DNA from: Negaprion brevirostris
Taxonomy: Eukaryota
Length of the DNA: 64,000 nt
Assembly: GCA_030324005.1 (NCBI GenBank)
Contig: JARDVH010000084.1
Location: forward strand, 92,988,417-93,052,416
Reading direction: 5' to 3'
Shown: piece by piece, positions 1 to 11,999 of the stretch
How the letters are laid out: every line of letters starts with the position of its first letter
How positions within the stretch are numbered: position 1 is the first letter of the stretch
Position numbers and translations under genes: made by a program
Notes under the pieces: model-generated
Seen by the model: only the letters and a program-made list of their open reading frames with translations
What the model was told of the DNA's origin: nothing
Databases searched by the model: none

Positions 1-75
1 CATCTTATACGTCTCAATGAGATCTCCCCTCAATCTTCTAAACTCTAACGAGTACAAGCCTAGTTTATTCAGCAC
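1..75 (-). mobile_element. CR1 LINE ORF2 3' fragment
   Basis: 'tcaatgagatctcccctcaatcttctaaactctaacgagtacaagcc' is the reverse complement of the CR1 ORF2 C-terminal region (GLYSLEFRRLRGDLIE). Confidence 0.75.
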
Positions 76-79
76 ACAT

Positions 80-2000
80 CCTGTCATGCAACTTCACATG
101 CTAATACAATCTCCAGTTCAGAGCCAATATGTAGTATTGAAGAATTCATCTCGAAGTGAGGTGCGAACGTGTTTTTCGCTTTTAGCAAGGCGGCATTCCA
201 ATGAGCCTCAGCTAACAAGTATCCTGTTGCATTTAGTAAGTTGCAATCGCAACGGTACACAACCTTGTCGTGAGGTCTGAGTATGCCCGGGGCCAGCAGC
301 AAAAGCCATACAGGTGCAACTATTACCAGTGCGATATTACTTATATTTCATGTTTTGTGGCAGTTATCAAAACACATTTGTCAAACAGCTCCACCTCATA
401 TCGGGATGTGCTTGTTCTGACATAGCAAGTACTAAATCGATATTTGAGCTGTTTTTAACGGTTCATTATTGTTTCCAATAGTTAATTACTCATATGAAAA
501 ACATATATTTAGAATAGGGACGGTATCCGATACAGAATACGCACGCTGTGTGTTTCAACATTCGCAAACAATACCGACAACTAGAAAATTTAGCTGTTGT
601 GAACTGCAATTAAATATGCTCGTAAATAGAATGTCATGTTGGTATGTGTTATAACTCTTCCTTTCGTTCAGTTCTGTAATTGCACCATTTACCGATTTTT
701 TTTCAAACAAGAAGCCACTCACCCACTGTCTTAGCACGCAACTTTTGTTCTGCAATAGAACGTAACATAGTTGTTGTGCATAATAATGAAAAAACGGAAG
801 AATTGAAAATGTAACACCTGTGCTATGAACACCATGCTTAATGTTAAAATGGTGATGGACGGTAACCGCTTCTGTATGTTCTTGCTGTAGTCTTAGTAGT
901 GAAAGAAACGTTTTTTTTCCCCTCACAAATAACAATTCATCTTTGCGTGTGATTTAAATAATATTGGTTTTGCAATCTCAGAGTTTTAAATTGTTGATGA
1001 TTACCCTGTCGTAACATTTGTTGGGAATGAGTCCCCCGTTGCCCTACATTTCACTTGGTTCCAGGGCTTGGAAAACTACATCTGCTTACCCATTCCCTAA
1101 TTCGTCACCTAATTCTGCTGCAATATTTAGTTGAAAACACGGATTGTTAAAACTGTATTTCCTGATATATTTCCACTTTGTTACTGCCTACTCAAGAGAT
1201 CCTGCACCGCTGAAGAAAAAGATTGCTCCTTACCAAAATCTATTAGCGTCTGGCTTTCTGAAAATGACAGTTAGAAAATAATTTTAATCGAAATTGAAGA
1301 CACACACGGACAATATTCGCATATATTTTGACCGACGTAAGGAGACCCTGATGCATTACATTCAATAAGACATATTCCCCGGGATGCCAGAAGAAAATTA
1401 TGCAAATACATAAACATTGCTTGGGCACTGTGGGGCTTTGTAAAAAAATTACCTCTGGACATGAGAAGGATGAAAACTCTGAAGCGGCGGGAATTGTTAC
1501 GCTTTATGCATCCGATGCTCCTTGCATACCAATCACTGTTGTTCAACAAAGAAACCCAACTTCTCAAAAAATCCACATCGTGTGTCAATAATTAGTTAGG
1601 ATTGGTGGGCGCGAATTTCGGTGGCAGCCTACCATAATATATCAAAAAAAGTTCGCTTCAGCTGTCTCCAAGCGAATTCCTGACACTGTTATGCTGTACC
1701 GACATAACATTGCTGGAGTATGTAGGTGTGAAAACAGCAAAACACATCGCTGGGCGTGTGAGCATGAAAAGAGCCCACAGAAGCGTGTCACCCCTTCTTT
1801 TCTTGTCGGCTGTCCTGAATATTTTTTCGCCACCTGTTCTGGCCGCTCTCAATGTCTTATATTTTTCAACAGCCCCATGGATCTGCGAAGTGTCCAAGTG
1901 CTGCAGATATCGTTTTTGTTCCCGCACCATCTTGCATTACTCAGAAGGCGCACAAACGAGTTTTGCTGCTGTCAGGATTTCTAGTGTTGACTGTCATTTT
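80..2000 (+). mobile_element. Decayed Academ-like transposase relic A1
   Basis: Colinear motifs across frameshifts: ILLHLVSCNRNG (ORF 17..280, cf. LLxxIRAxRxGxW); NIRIYFDR near 1312 (cf. RIDIVFD); EAAGIVTLYASDA (ORF 1400..1591, cf. EEADTRIILHAxDA); FLTLLCCTDITLLEYVGVKTAK 1677-1742 (cf. FHALTGCDTTSxFxGxGKKTA). By-eye match. Confidence 0.65.
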
Positions 2001-3016
2001 GTTTAGTCGGCAAACGTGCACTGACTGAAGGAAGTCACATAGTGAACTAATTGGTCCAAATAACAGTCGTTTTCTCTGTCAGGCAGCTTTCCTTTGTGTT
2101 GGGGCGGCTGCCAGGACTTCTTTTCTCGGCGGGATGGTGGAAGGTGAAGCAGTTTATTGTTCCTCCAAATCCAGCCACCCGCCCGTAAAATGCAGCCCAT
2201 ACAATTCTGAGGTTTATCTCTCTATCAACACAACAGTTTCAACAATGAGTTCAATCTGGAAGACGGGTGATTTCGGGCAACCTATGTTTACTACCGCTTT
2301 AAAATTCATTGTGATACCTTACAAAGGCTGTACACATTTTACGATCCCATGATATTGAAACATAATCGCACCGAGCATTCTACAGCCTCTTGCGTCCTGC
2401 ACAGTTATTTATAACTGCAGAATAAGCACTCGTTGTTTTTTTGTTGAATTTTGTAGAATAAATTGATCCAAGCAATCGATAGTTAAATAGTTTTACAATC
2501 CAATAAGTTCAGTTCGCCATTGTTTAAAAGGTTATATACTGAACAAGCGGTTCAATCTCATCATTATATTGGCATTGAAATTTCTTGCAATCAAAAATTG
2601 TCATTTCAACTGAAAAACATGAAAGTAATATTTTCAAGAATGCTTTGCATTCAAAACGCAATAACTGACAGATTAATTAACAATGTTTCGCAAGAGCTAT
2701 CGACGGAATGGTCACTTCATAAGATATTGTTAAATTGGCCTAAACCAATTGTCCGTACGTGTTAATTCAAAGAGAAGGTTGTCCTCTGTTGTTTGTTTTA
2801 ATGCAGAAGAACAATAGGACTCAATAATATTAATAGTAGAAAAAAAAAATTGGAGGCTAATGTTAGCTTTGCTATTCAAAGAAAAAAAGGTTCAATTATG
2901 ATCAGCCGTTAGTAACACTCTATAGCCATTATATCCTAATATAATTGGTTCCCTAAAATGGATAAGTATAGCATGTAACATTAAAAATTTCCGCAAGACC
3001 TATTGTCGTTTGCAGA

Positions 3017-3295
3017 GCAAAAGGCACACCATTAACCATATATGTGTTTCCGAACCTTCATTTCCGGAAGAATTGGCTCTAATTTCTGCCAATTTCTTTT
3101 TGAAACTCTTCACCAAATTTGGATGGATTAGTACTGTTTATCTTATGCTCTGTGGCAAAAGGCACACCATTAACCATATATGTGTTTCCGAACCTTCATT
3201 TCCGGAAGGATTGGCTCTAATTTCTGCCAATTTCTTTTTGAAACTTTTTACCAAATTTGGATGGATTAGTACTGTTTATCTTATGCTCTGTGGCA
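3017..3295. repeat. Tandem duplication, 138-bp unit x2
   Basis: The unit beginning 'gcaaaaggcacaccattaacc' starts at 3017 and again at 3155; 3 mismatches counted by eye. Confidence 0.95.
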
Positions 3296-3865
3296 TTGTG
3301 GTGCGGTACTAACATTACTTTATTTAGACAGTGATCACTGGTCCATTTCAGAACTTGATGGCCATGAATATTGCGTTTCAGTAATGTGGCCATAAAAACG
3401 ATTTTGATTTTGAAAATCATTGCAACACGTTTTTCGGCTGACAATGATAGTTTTAGAAATTCCTGGCCAGCAATGCTGCAAAATGCAGGGGCAGCCAAAT
3501 GTACCACTTTATCAAGCATAATAATGGAGCAAACAAACTTGAGACGATCTTGTTCGATTGTGATCACTGGAGAGAGAGAAGGATTCTGCCATTCATAACA
3601 TGACAAATTTGACCATATCGACATTTAGCCTTTTTTGGGGGGAAGATGACTTAGTCGGTACAATCTCTAAGCGTCAATCAGGTTTTCCAGTTGTGTAAAA
3701 TTACAGTGTACTTCTTTCAATTTCAAAGAATATTTACCACGGCATGATGCCCACCACGTCTCACGTTACCCCTTCTGTGATTCAATGGTACATGAAGGAA
3801 CACTAGCACAGCAGTTAGCTTGTGGTGATCAAATGCTCTCCATATAAATGCATATGTTTCATTTG

Positions 3866-3884
3866 ATATATATATATATATATA
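3866..3884. repeat. (TA)n microsatellite
   Basis: Visible in sequence. Confidence 0.9.
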
Positions 3885-4246
3885 ATGTTTTCTGCACATT
3901 TTTTCTGATACTAAACAATATGTACATGGATCCAAACGTATCCTTCGATGAAGAATATCTCCATTGTCGTGTCATTTATAAGCTTGGATTCTGATCCGTT
4001 CTGTCATACAGATATTGTCACATTTTCAGGCATTGTATTCATTGTTGCCTATTCCCCTATAATTGTGGAGGGAAATTTAAAGATAAGGTTTAGAGGGAGA
4101 AATATCCTTGGTCTCGGTGCTGGAAAAGATTTATATTGAAAAGTCCCTGTATAGCAATTTACATTAGTTGGGAAAATAGTACGAAATAAGCATGAATTAA
4201 TTTACTGTTTTACGATCACGAAGAGCATGCATGAAAACTGCATCAT

Positions 4247-4822
4247 TGTAGAGGAGCTCAAGATAGTAAAAAGACACAACTCGGATGCTAGTTTTAACCA
4301 CATTCCAGAATCCGCAAGCTGGCTTGAGCACAAGCTTATGCGCAATAGGCCAAAGATACTGGACACTGGTACCAGTCCATGATCTGAGGTCTCCGATGAA
4401 AATCAAACACGGATCATTAGTACAGTCATGGGAAATGATAAGGAGGGCCACTGGCCAAGGAGTATTGTACAAACAGTGACTCCAGATGGGAGAAAGAACA
4501 AAAAAAAAATGATGAGGTAGCATGAGTCGTGATCTTGAGACCACGAGCTGTTCATGCACAAGCCCACCTCACGTAATGCCTGTTTTATTGGCTATTTGAC
4601 TACTGCATGCAACCTGTAAGCAATATTATTGGACAAGGTCCACCCGTGATGGGCTGAGTAGATGTTTGAAAAGTGTATAAGAATGGATGGTTTTCCTTTG
4701 TTCGTCGGAGAGAGTCATTGGGATCAACAGAAGCCACCTCCCCGTCGGCGAAAATAAACTGTTTGATGCGTGGACCAACCCTGAGCATTCAGTGATTCCT
4801 CCGAGCGTCTCGCCTGCTAACA
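4247..4822 (+). mobile_element. Solo LTR (ERV/Gypsy-type)
   Basis: Ends TGTAG...CTAACA; flanks tcat/ttat (3/4 match, possible 4-bp TSD); ATTGG boxes at 4587 and 4628, TATAA at 4676, AATAAA at 4753 followed by a short U5-like stretch. Confidence 0.6.
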
Positions 4823-5629
4823 TTATGTAATTGAAAGCCTTCAAAAATGGTAGCATCTCACAATATCATGTAAAAAGTAAATGGATCAGCCTTTCTAAAT
4901 TACCCTCCGGTTTGCTAGTATTTTAGTTTCGGTGGATTCGCCATTGCTTTCGTGCAGGCTTATGGGTTTCGGGCGAGGGAATGTGCCTGGGTCAAATGTT
5001 CTTTTGGGAATCGGCCCAGACTCAACGCACCAAAAGATCTTCTGCATTTCGAGTTTCTACGGGTGATTTTTTTCACATATGTGTCTTTAACCCTGTATTG
5101 CTATTGCCCATTGTGAAGTATTTTAGCAACGAAGTTCCTGTGCAACTTAATAGTAGCATCATCAGCATCATGAATCAGTGGGTGTAGTGGACAACTAGAG
5201 ACAAAGATTCGAACAGTCAAATCAACAGAAGAATATAATATGCACAGACCTGACATCTTCCCAGCAACAACGATTTCTGATAAAAAGAAAACAAATAAAG
5301 TTCTACGATTCTATAAAGAAGTGTAATTCTCTCAACTTTAACTGAAAAAAAAGATGATCTTACTCTATAGTTTCGATTTTCTTATTGCCCCACCCACTGT
5401 TTATAATTTGAGAATGCACGTGGGTTCGGTGGTGAGAAGATGTTACATGCCTGGCTTCTCTATCTCCAAAACGCACGGCAAGGCATCAGGCGTTGCAGAA
5501 TGGGGGAAACGCGTATCCGCATGTTTTTTTTTATAATTGCGGAGGGCATCAAACTCTTAATTTCGCGCAAAATGTCGTGGATTCATCCAACTTGATAGCA
5601 AGAAGCTGCCGCTGCACTTGCACATTTTC

Positions 5630-5950
5630 CGTGTTCATTCTGGACCTGAGTATCGCTGGCTGGACAGAATTTATTGTCCATCCCTAGTTGCGTTTAGAGG
5701 GCACTTGAGAGTCAACATATCACTATGGCTCCAGATTCACGTATAGACCAAATCAGAAAAGGACTTCTGATTTGTTTCCGTTAAGTGCATTAGTGAACAA
5801 GGTCCGTGCAACATCAATGATATCATGGTCATCAGTATAAATTAATTTCAGTTATTTTTCATTGAATTCAAAAACCACCAGCTGCTTCGGGACAACAGAT
5901 CATTTTCTGAGTTTCTGGACAAATAGCCCAGCAATAATGCCACAAGGGTT
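5630..5950 (-). mobile_element. SacSINE/Deu-domain SINE, decayed
   Basis: 'atttattgtccatccctagttg...gagagtcaac...cattagtgaac...attgaattcaaaaccacc' matches the reverse of the shark Deu-SINE body and tail and resembles the copies at 6385 and 21770. Confidence 0.7.
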
Positions 5951-6384
5951 TCGTCTTCCCTTTAATCTGCAAAGGTTCGTGTAATGTTGTTCTGAGGGGG
6001 ACCATGTTAACCACGGCTTCACAGTGCACCGTGTCCATCACAGGATCTCCACAACATGAGACACACATTCAGCTTCGCTGTAGGTCCTCAAATATGCCAT
6101 ATCTCCCAGTCCTCTCCAACTACAACCTCCTGCCACACGTCTCACATAATTGACGAGGGCTTGGAAAGCTGGCTCCAATGCAGCATACTTGTTTCATGAG
6201 CTGCGTCACTGGGCTTGCGATAATCAACATAATTCAATTTGATGCCTAATCATTTGCACGAACAGCAGAGTAATTTAACGTGATTTATGCAGTCGGATCA
6301 TCTGTACATCTGCACAGAACGCTATAAAGTCTTTTCTCTTTAAACAATACATTGGAGAGCTATGTTTCCTATGAAAGTGCGGAG

Positions 6385-6720
6385 ATTCCTATGTTCTTAC
6401 GTTATGCTCATCCCTAGCTGCGCTTCGAGGTCAGCTGAGAGTCAAACAAATTGTTATGATTATGGGGTCACATGTAGACTTGACCAAGTTCGGATAGCTG
6501 ATTTTGTTGGCTAAGGGAAACGAGTGAACCAGACGGTTTTTTCCGATGATCAATAATGGCTTCCTGGTCATGGAAAGATGCGTTATTCCATTTTTTGTTT
6601 GGTATTAAATTTAAATTCCACCATCTGCTGGGGCGGAATTTGAACTCGGATCGCCAGAACATTAATTCAGTTTATCAAATAAAAGTCTAGTGATTATATT
6701 AATAGGACATCACGTTTCCT
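6385..6720 (-). mobile_element. SacSINE/Deu-domain SINE, decayed
   Basis: 'gagagtcaaac...gtcacatgtagac...agtgaaccagacggtttt...aaattccaccatctgctggggcggaatttgaactcgg' includes a reverse tRNA B-box-like motif. Confidence 0.75.
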
Positions 6721-6749
6721 ATGTCATGCCGCGCTGGTGCCCCCACGTA

Positions 6750-8300
6750 AATTATCATATCATATTTTAGATTTTGCCCCAGAAAACTTGCTTTACGACT
6801 CTTATTGCTGTCTTCGGGAAAACTAAGCCACCATACATTAAAATCATTCATCCAAATAATTTATATCAGTTGTCAATTTTTGAGAATTCAGCACTGATCT
6901 TCCAGCCACGGCATTATCAGTTTGTCAGCACAAAAACAACATTTGTTGCTACTGTCTCTTTTTCTGTTAGCCAACCAATCAATTGCCCAACCAATATGCT
7001 ATCACCACATTGTGTGTTCATAACATTCTTAGATGCCTTTACACATTTTCCCATACCAGCTGGAAATGGAAGCACTACAGTTTTGCAAATATCACTTTGC
7101 AGGCGATTTTTCTCCAGAGAATATTGCATTAGGTAAACGCGGTTTGCATTTTCCAATGTGATATTCACTCTGGCTGAACTGTTTATGATCGTATAAGCAT
7201 TTTGCTGTAACTACATTGTAAATTGAATCCATCAATTGCCTGCAACACGATACTATTCCATCTGGTTGAATGAATGAGGGATGTCATTCAATTTATTTCT
7301 GAATACAAATGGTTTGCATAAAACAACAGCAGTGTACCGGATAAAACATAGTTTGATGAAAACAGAATATGGTGCAGGCTGAAGAACCTATTCGCTAACT
7401 CAAAGGGCCCTTTGTTTTTATGTTATTTGAATTTCTATGTTACGAATATCTGTTACGCAGATAATGACACATTTGCTTGATTTTTCCGTCCATTCTTCCA
7501 CAGGAACCAAACTAGGCGAGGGGAGGGCAATGGGGTGGTCGACTGAAAGCCGACGGAATTTTACATGCTCTGGACGAATGAACCGTATAATCGCACCCCT
7601 TTTATATGTGCGTGCAATTAACTTAATGCCAAGCATTGCCGCGTTTTTTTTTGGATAAAACCAATCCATGAACAATGAAGTGATAACAGAATGCAAGAAT
7701 CACAGAAACGTGTTAATAAGTGCTTACCATTCTCGGAATGAAGTTCTTCAATTTCTATATTACAAATTAAACGTCAAGTTTCAAGTAGATTTAACCAAAA
7801 TTTACATTAACAATGCGGTATAATCCGATGCATCTCCGCAATAATATGTTGCAATGCCACTCTGTGTGTGTTCACTCACTTATAATATATTGGGCTTGGC
7901 ATATAACATGTATTTGTATGCGCCTTTGGAAATTAAAAAAAAAGTTTCGTAGGGTTCCGATTGATCTTCGTAATATCCGGCATCACAATACTTACTGAGG
8001 GTTGATCATCCGCAAGAAGCCTAACGCTGCAGCAGCACTGCTGATATGATTTGCTTCAACCGTTTCAAATAATAATCAGCTGTGGACTTGCTAATGATCA
8101 ACATTATGAACGAAATTCCGATGCTCGGCATTTGTTCATCAGATTTACTTCGCCCCGATATTTATTCCAAACATCAAACAATATTGTTGTCATTTGAAGA
8201 GCAGAGTACATTTTGAGGAAACGAATTTTAAGTGATTGCCATTACATTCATTTTGCCGTTGGTTTGTATATTTCTCCTTTGCCGCATATAATTTTCCTAC
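6750..8300 (-). mobile_element. Decayed Academ-like transposase relic A3
   Basis: ORF 7418..7696 has LSVDHPIALPSPSL..EKSSK (cf. LxHPLxPxPxSLxxxDGxxxKxxK). ORF 6917..7168 has GMGKCVKA..QLIGW (cf. GxGKxKA..QLGxxW). *YKLF lies near 6860 (cf. LRYKLF). The upper boundary is uncertain. Confidence 0.5.
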
Positions 8301-8779
8301 CGTCACATAACTGACACATTTTGAGGTTGTTTAGTAAAAAAAGGTCTGGCCCGATTAATTGTCTGAAATTGAACTTATAAAAGCATGGCAATGATTTTCA
8401 GTGAGCTCCGAAAAAAAGGTGTGTTCACTACTGTTACACAGTTCACAAATTGGAATTTACGTGCCAAGTTTACCATACATTTATGATAATGATGTTTCTG
8501 CTTTGATAAAATGCAACAATTTGACTTTCGACTTTGAAGTACTTTTTTTTCACGGAAATGGGAAGAAGTGTTACGTAAATGTAATAATTGTATTTTTTTG
8601 CCCCCAAACAATGGAATCTTCCAAGAGCAAATTGGCCAAGTGAACTTTTCAAGCCTGGGTAGAAATTTACCTGACCCAAGGCTTCTGATGGCAAGAGTGG
8701 CGATTGAGTGGAGGTTTGCTGATCAGTCCTTTAGATGTTCCTATTTCCCCACATTAATACTTTTTTTTATAATTAGACA

Positions 8780-9200
8780 ATTTCCATTCTCCTGTCTCCC
8801 CAAGAGTCATTTGTTTCGTTTTATTCTGCCCGTTTTCCCTGTCTTGGAGCATGTTGTCTTTGAAAGTCACAATCCTTGCCCCTCTCGAGTGCCTGCTTGA
8901 ACCGAGCACCAACAACATTTTAGGCAAAGCTTTTGTATTCAAACGGATCCCAGCATACAAAAGAAAAGAGCTCATGTCGAATTACCTCCTTATCAGTCCC
9001 CTAAATCTGTACACTCATATTTCGGATCCCTCCAATAAGTAGCATCACTTCCCCCCCTATTCGGCCCAGGCGGCTTGTACAGCAGTGTCAAGCCTACGCT
9101 CAACATTCTCTTCGGCAAGGAAGATTGTTCAAGCTTCTCCATGCTTGATAGGTAAGAAACGTTTTTCACGCCTGGATAAATCGCTTGAACAATCGACAAC
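8780..9200 (-). mobile_element. CR1 LINE 3' fragment, decayed
   Basis: ORF 8993..9199 (YPGVKNVSYLSSMEKLEQSSLPKRMLSVGLTLLYK) resembles the CR1 ORF2 C-terminus (PGMxxxSYxERLxKLGLFSLExRRLRGDLIxVYK). Confidence 0.6.
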
Positions 9201-10686
9201 TTTTTTCCTTTTGAAAGATATGCCGGATGGTATGATATTATCTTTGTCTTTGTTGTCGCGTTTGTTGCCTTATAACGGTTACAGAAAACATATTATAGAA
9301 ACATTGCTATACGTCGCCCTAATGACATTATGAATCAATGTTTATGGTACAGAATATCCCTTTTCATCATTGTTTCTAGGAGGATGAATTCTTCGGCTAT
9401 TTTGAAATGCAACAACAAGCAAATGATGCACATTTTGTTTTTTCTCCAACTGGTCAATTTGGTAATTCACAGGCGTTCCCCAGAACATTAAAGGCCTTTT
9501 GTAAATCCTTTACCAATATGCCCTGCAGAATAAAAACGTGTCTTAGTGTCAACTTTCTACATAATATTGTGCACGTGATACCCCAAAAATCCTATGCCAT
9601 CACATTAGCCAACTAAGACAGTGTGGTACAGTGTATATGAGAATTACATCTAGGAGCTGAAGAACAATATTTAAAGTAGGCTAATTGTCAAATAAGGCAA
9701 GGATACTTTGTTGCATAAAACGCCAATAAAACTATGGAATTAATAGGAAATCAATAATTGAATAACTGATAATCAATAACTGATAGCTGCAGTGCTGCAT
9801 TTGCTTAGGAGAAAGTAAGGACAGATGACTCTTTGGACGGTTCGAAAAAAAAGTAAAGGTTGAAATGGCAAGGATAACGACGGTCAGTGATTCACCAAGC
9901 ATTAGAAGTTACAAATAATATCAAGATTAATGCACCATTTGGAATAACTCACATGAGATTACGTTTTCACCTTAATGCATCACAGAAATCGGTGCAAATA
10001 GAAGCCCAATAAGATACGTGCTGCATGAACTTTAAATGGACTAAGAATACTGTAACAAAAGTTATCTCCATATATTAAGAATAATGCTCCTGTAGCCATC
10101 CTTTCCTGGTGTAATTTTATCGACGCTAATGTGAAGGGAATTGGTGACTATGTTCAGAGGAGGGTATAACATTCACGACACATTAAATGCATTGACGTAA
10201 TCTTGGGTAGAAGTAATGTTATGTTATTTAAAATTGATTTAATGCGCATTCTGTTTTTTTTCACTGACTTGTATAATGTGATTTGCAATTATTACAGTTT
10301 GCCAATGAATGCATCTCTATTTTCACGGTTGCGAACGATGCATACTGCGGGAAAAGAACGTTCACCGCTGTTCAATGCAGATCACGTGGAAAATAAAGCA
10401 GTCATAAAGATTATTCAGGCAACATGGGGGGTGGAATTAGTCTTGAACTTTGCTGCTGTTCGTCAGCTCAGTTATTTTCTCTGAAAATATGAAGTATAAT
10501 GACTTCGGTCTTCCTTTTGGTGTTCTGATATACTGCAGAGTGTAGTCCTGGACGCATTGAAGGTTGGCACGAATATCAATTGTTACGCCAAAGGATCCCG
10601 TAACTTAATCGTCTTTGCTAACCCTCACATAACTGAGTCAGCTTTTGACAGTTCTGGTGTTTCTTTTCCTAAAATGCAATTTTCAT

Positions 10687-10860
10687 NNNNNNNNNNNNNN
10701 NNNNNNNNNNNNNNNNNNNNNNNNNNNNNNNNNNNNNNNNNNNNNNNNNNNNNNNNNNNNNNNNNNNNNNNNNNNNNNNNNNNNNNNNNNNNNNNNNNNN
10801 NNNNNNNNNNNNNNNNNNNNNNNNNNNNNNNNNNNNNNNNNNNNNNNNNNNNNNNNNNNN
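10687..10860. other. Assembly gap (one of many N runs in the window)
   Basis: N run. Others occur at about 11516, 14084, 17418-18013, 27855, 32236, 38093, 41443, 45260, 46617 and 58433. Confidence 0.99.
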
Positions 10861-11823
10861 CGAAGGAGCTGCGTGCCGATCAGGGCAGCAACAGCTATTT
10901 CTCCTGTTTCTACATTGCAAGGAGTTCAACATAATATTCCCTTGGTGAATGATTGTGTAAATTGCTTTCATCTGCTTAATCACTGTTTGCAAAGATGTGC
11001 AGTCAACGCACACAACCTCGAAATTTTACCTTTATCCTTTCTTCGTAACCGTTCCTCTGCCAAAACAAGATAAAAGTCACGAGAACAGAACACTGGTTCC
11101 TTCTCATCGTAAAACCTAAGTACTCAAATTAATCTATTTCCATTATCACCATACTTGCGTAACAATAAACAAAGAGAATATCTTTGTATGTTCTGGAGAG
11201 TGACGTGACAATTCCTGCAATTTTTATGCACACTGAAGTATGTAGGCTGGATAAATAGCAGTAAGCAATACCATTTCATTAAACAGCCAACTTAGCAGCA
11301 TTGACATAAGCTGGGTAATAAAAAATGCCATGCATAATTTAATCGTCTGTCCTAAGCCATTCAGAAGTGATTCATTTTGGACAGTTTCGGCTATTAGTTT
11401 CGGGAATATATCATTTCCATTTAATGTTGGTTTAAATTCATTTGTTACGACTTTAAAAATATCATCTATATGTCGGAGTTCCTGTAAATCGATCACTTGA
11501 AATTCGTTATTTTTANNNNNNNNNNCGATGCATATATTTCGAACAAGAATGCCGTACAATATTGATCTGGTCGTACAGGGTGGAGATCGAATTTGAACAG
11601 TTACTAGTTCAATACCACGAACTGATTACTCGTGACTATTATATTTTAAAATAAGTATCCAATTGATTGGCCTAGGTAGAATGTTATCCCACAGTTTAAC
11701 CAAATTTAATGGAACGTTTTCATAGTATTATCCTGTCGTTACAGACCGTAACTATTAGTTGGTTGCGGATTTGCATAACGAAAATACAACGAGAATGTTC
11801 TGAGAACTGCGTGGGATGCGTGG

Positions 11824-11882
11824 GATAATTTCACAATCATTGCACGCATCTGAGGGATGTGTGCAATCATTGTGAAATTATC
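11824..11882. repeat. Inverted repeat/hairpin, 27-bp arms, 5-nt loop
   Basis: gataatttcacaatcattgcacgcatc-tgagg-gatgtgtgcaatcattgtgaaattatc; 25/27 Watson-Crick pairs plus one G-T. Confidence 0.9.
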
Positions 11883-11999
11883 TATTCTGACATACATCCG
11901 TTTTGGACGCAAACTCAGGTCAAACTTCTGTGTTTAATAACCCCACAAATACAATATAACCACTTCTCTCTCTCTATCTCGAAGTAAAGCATAACAAAT

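Larger units (their letters stand above)
2450..5600 (-). mobile_element. Decayed Academ-like transposase relic A2 (interrupted by a solo LTR and a 138-bp duplication)
   Basis: ORF 3217..3624 reads LSCYEWQNPSLS..LDKVVHL..RVAMIF..INSTNPSKFGKKF (cf. FSYELxxxPxSL, DGxAxVH, RxDxVFD, LxNxxNKxxLxxF). LMLHA lies near 2970-2985. Upstream-type motifs (FGALS..E, KxxG) occur at 4880-5050. Confidence 0.55.

Noticed and set aside
10861-11560. Endogenous viral element
   Set aside because: No viral polymerase or capsid motif is recognisable; the motifs match the Academ-like series instead.
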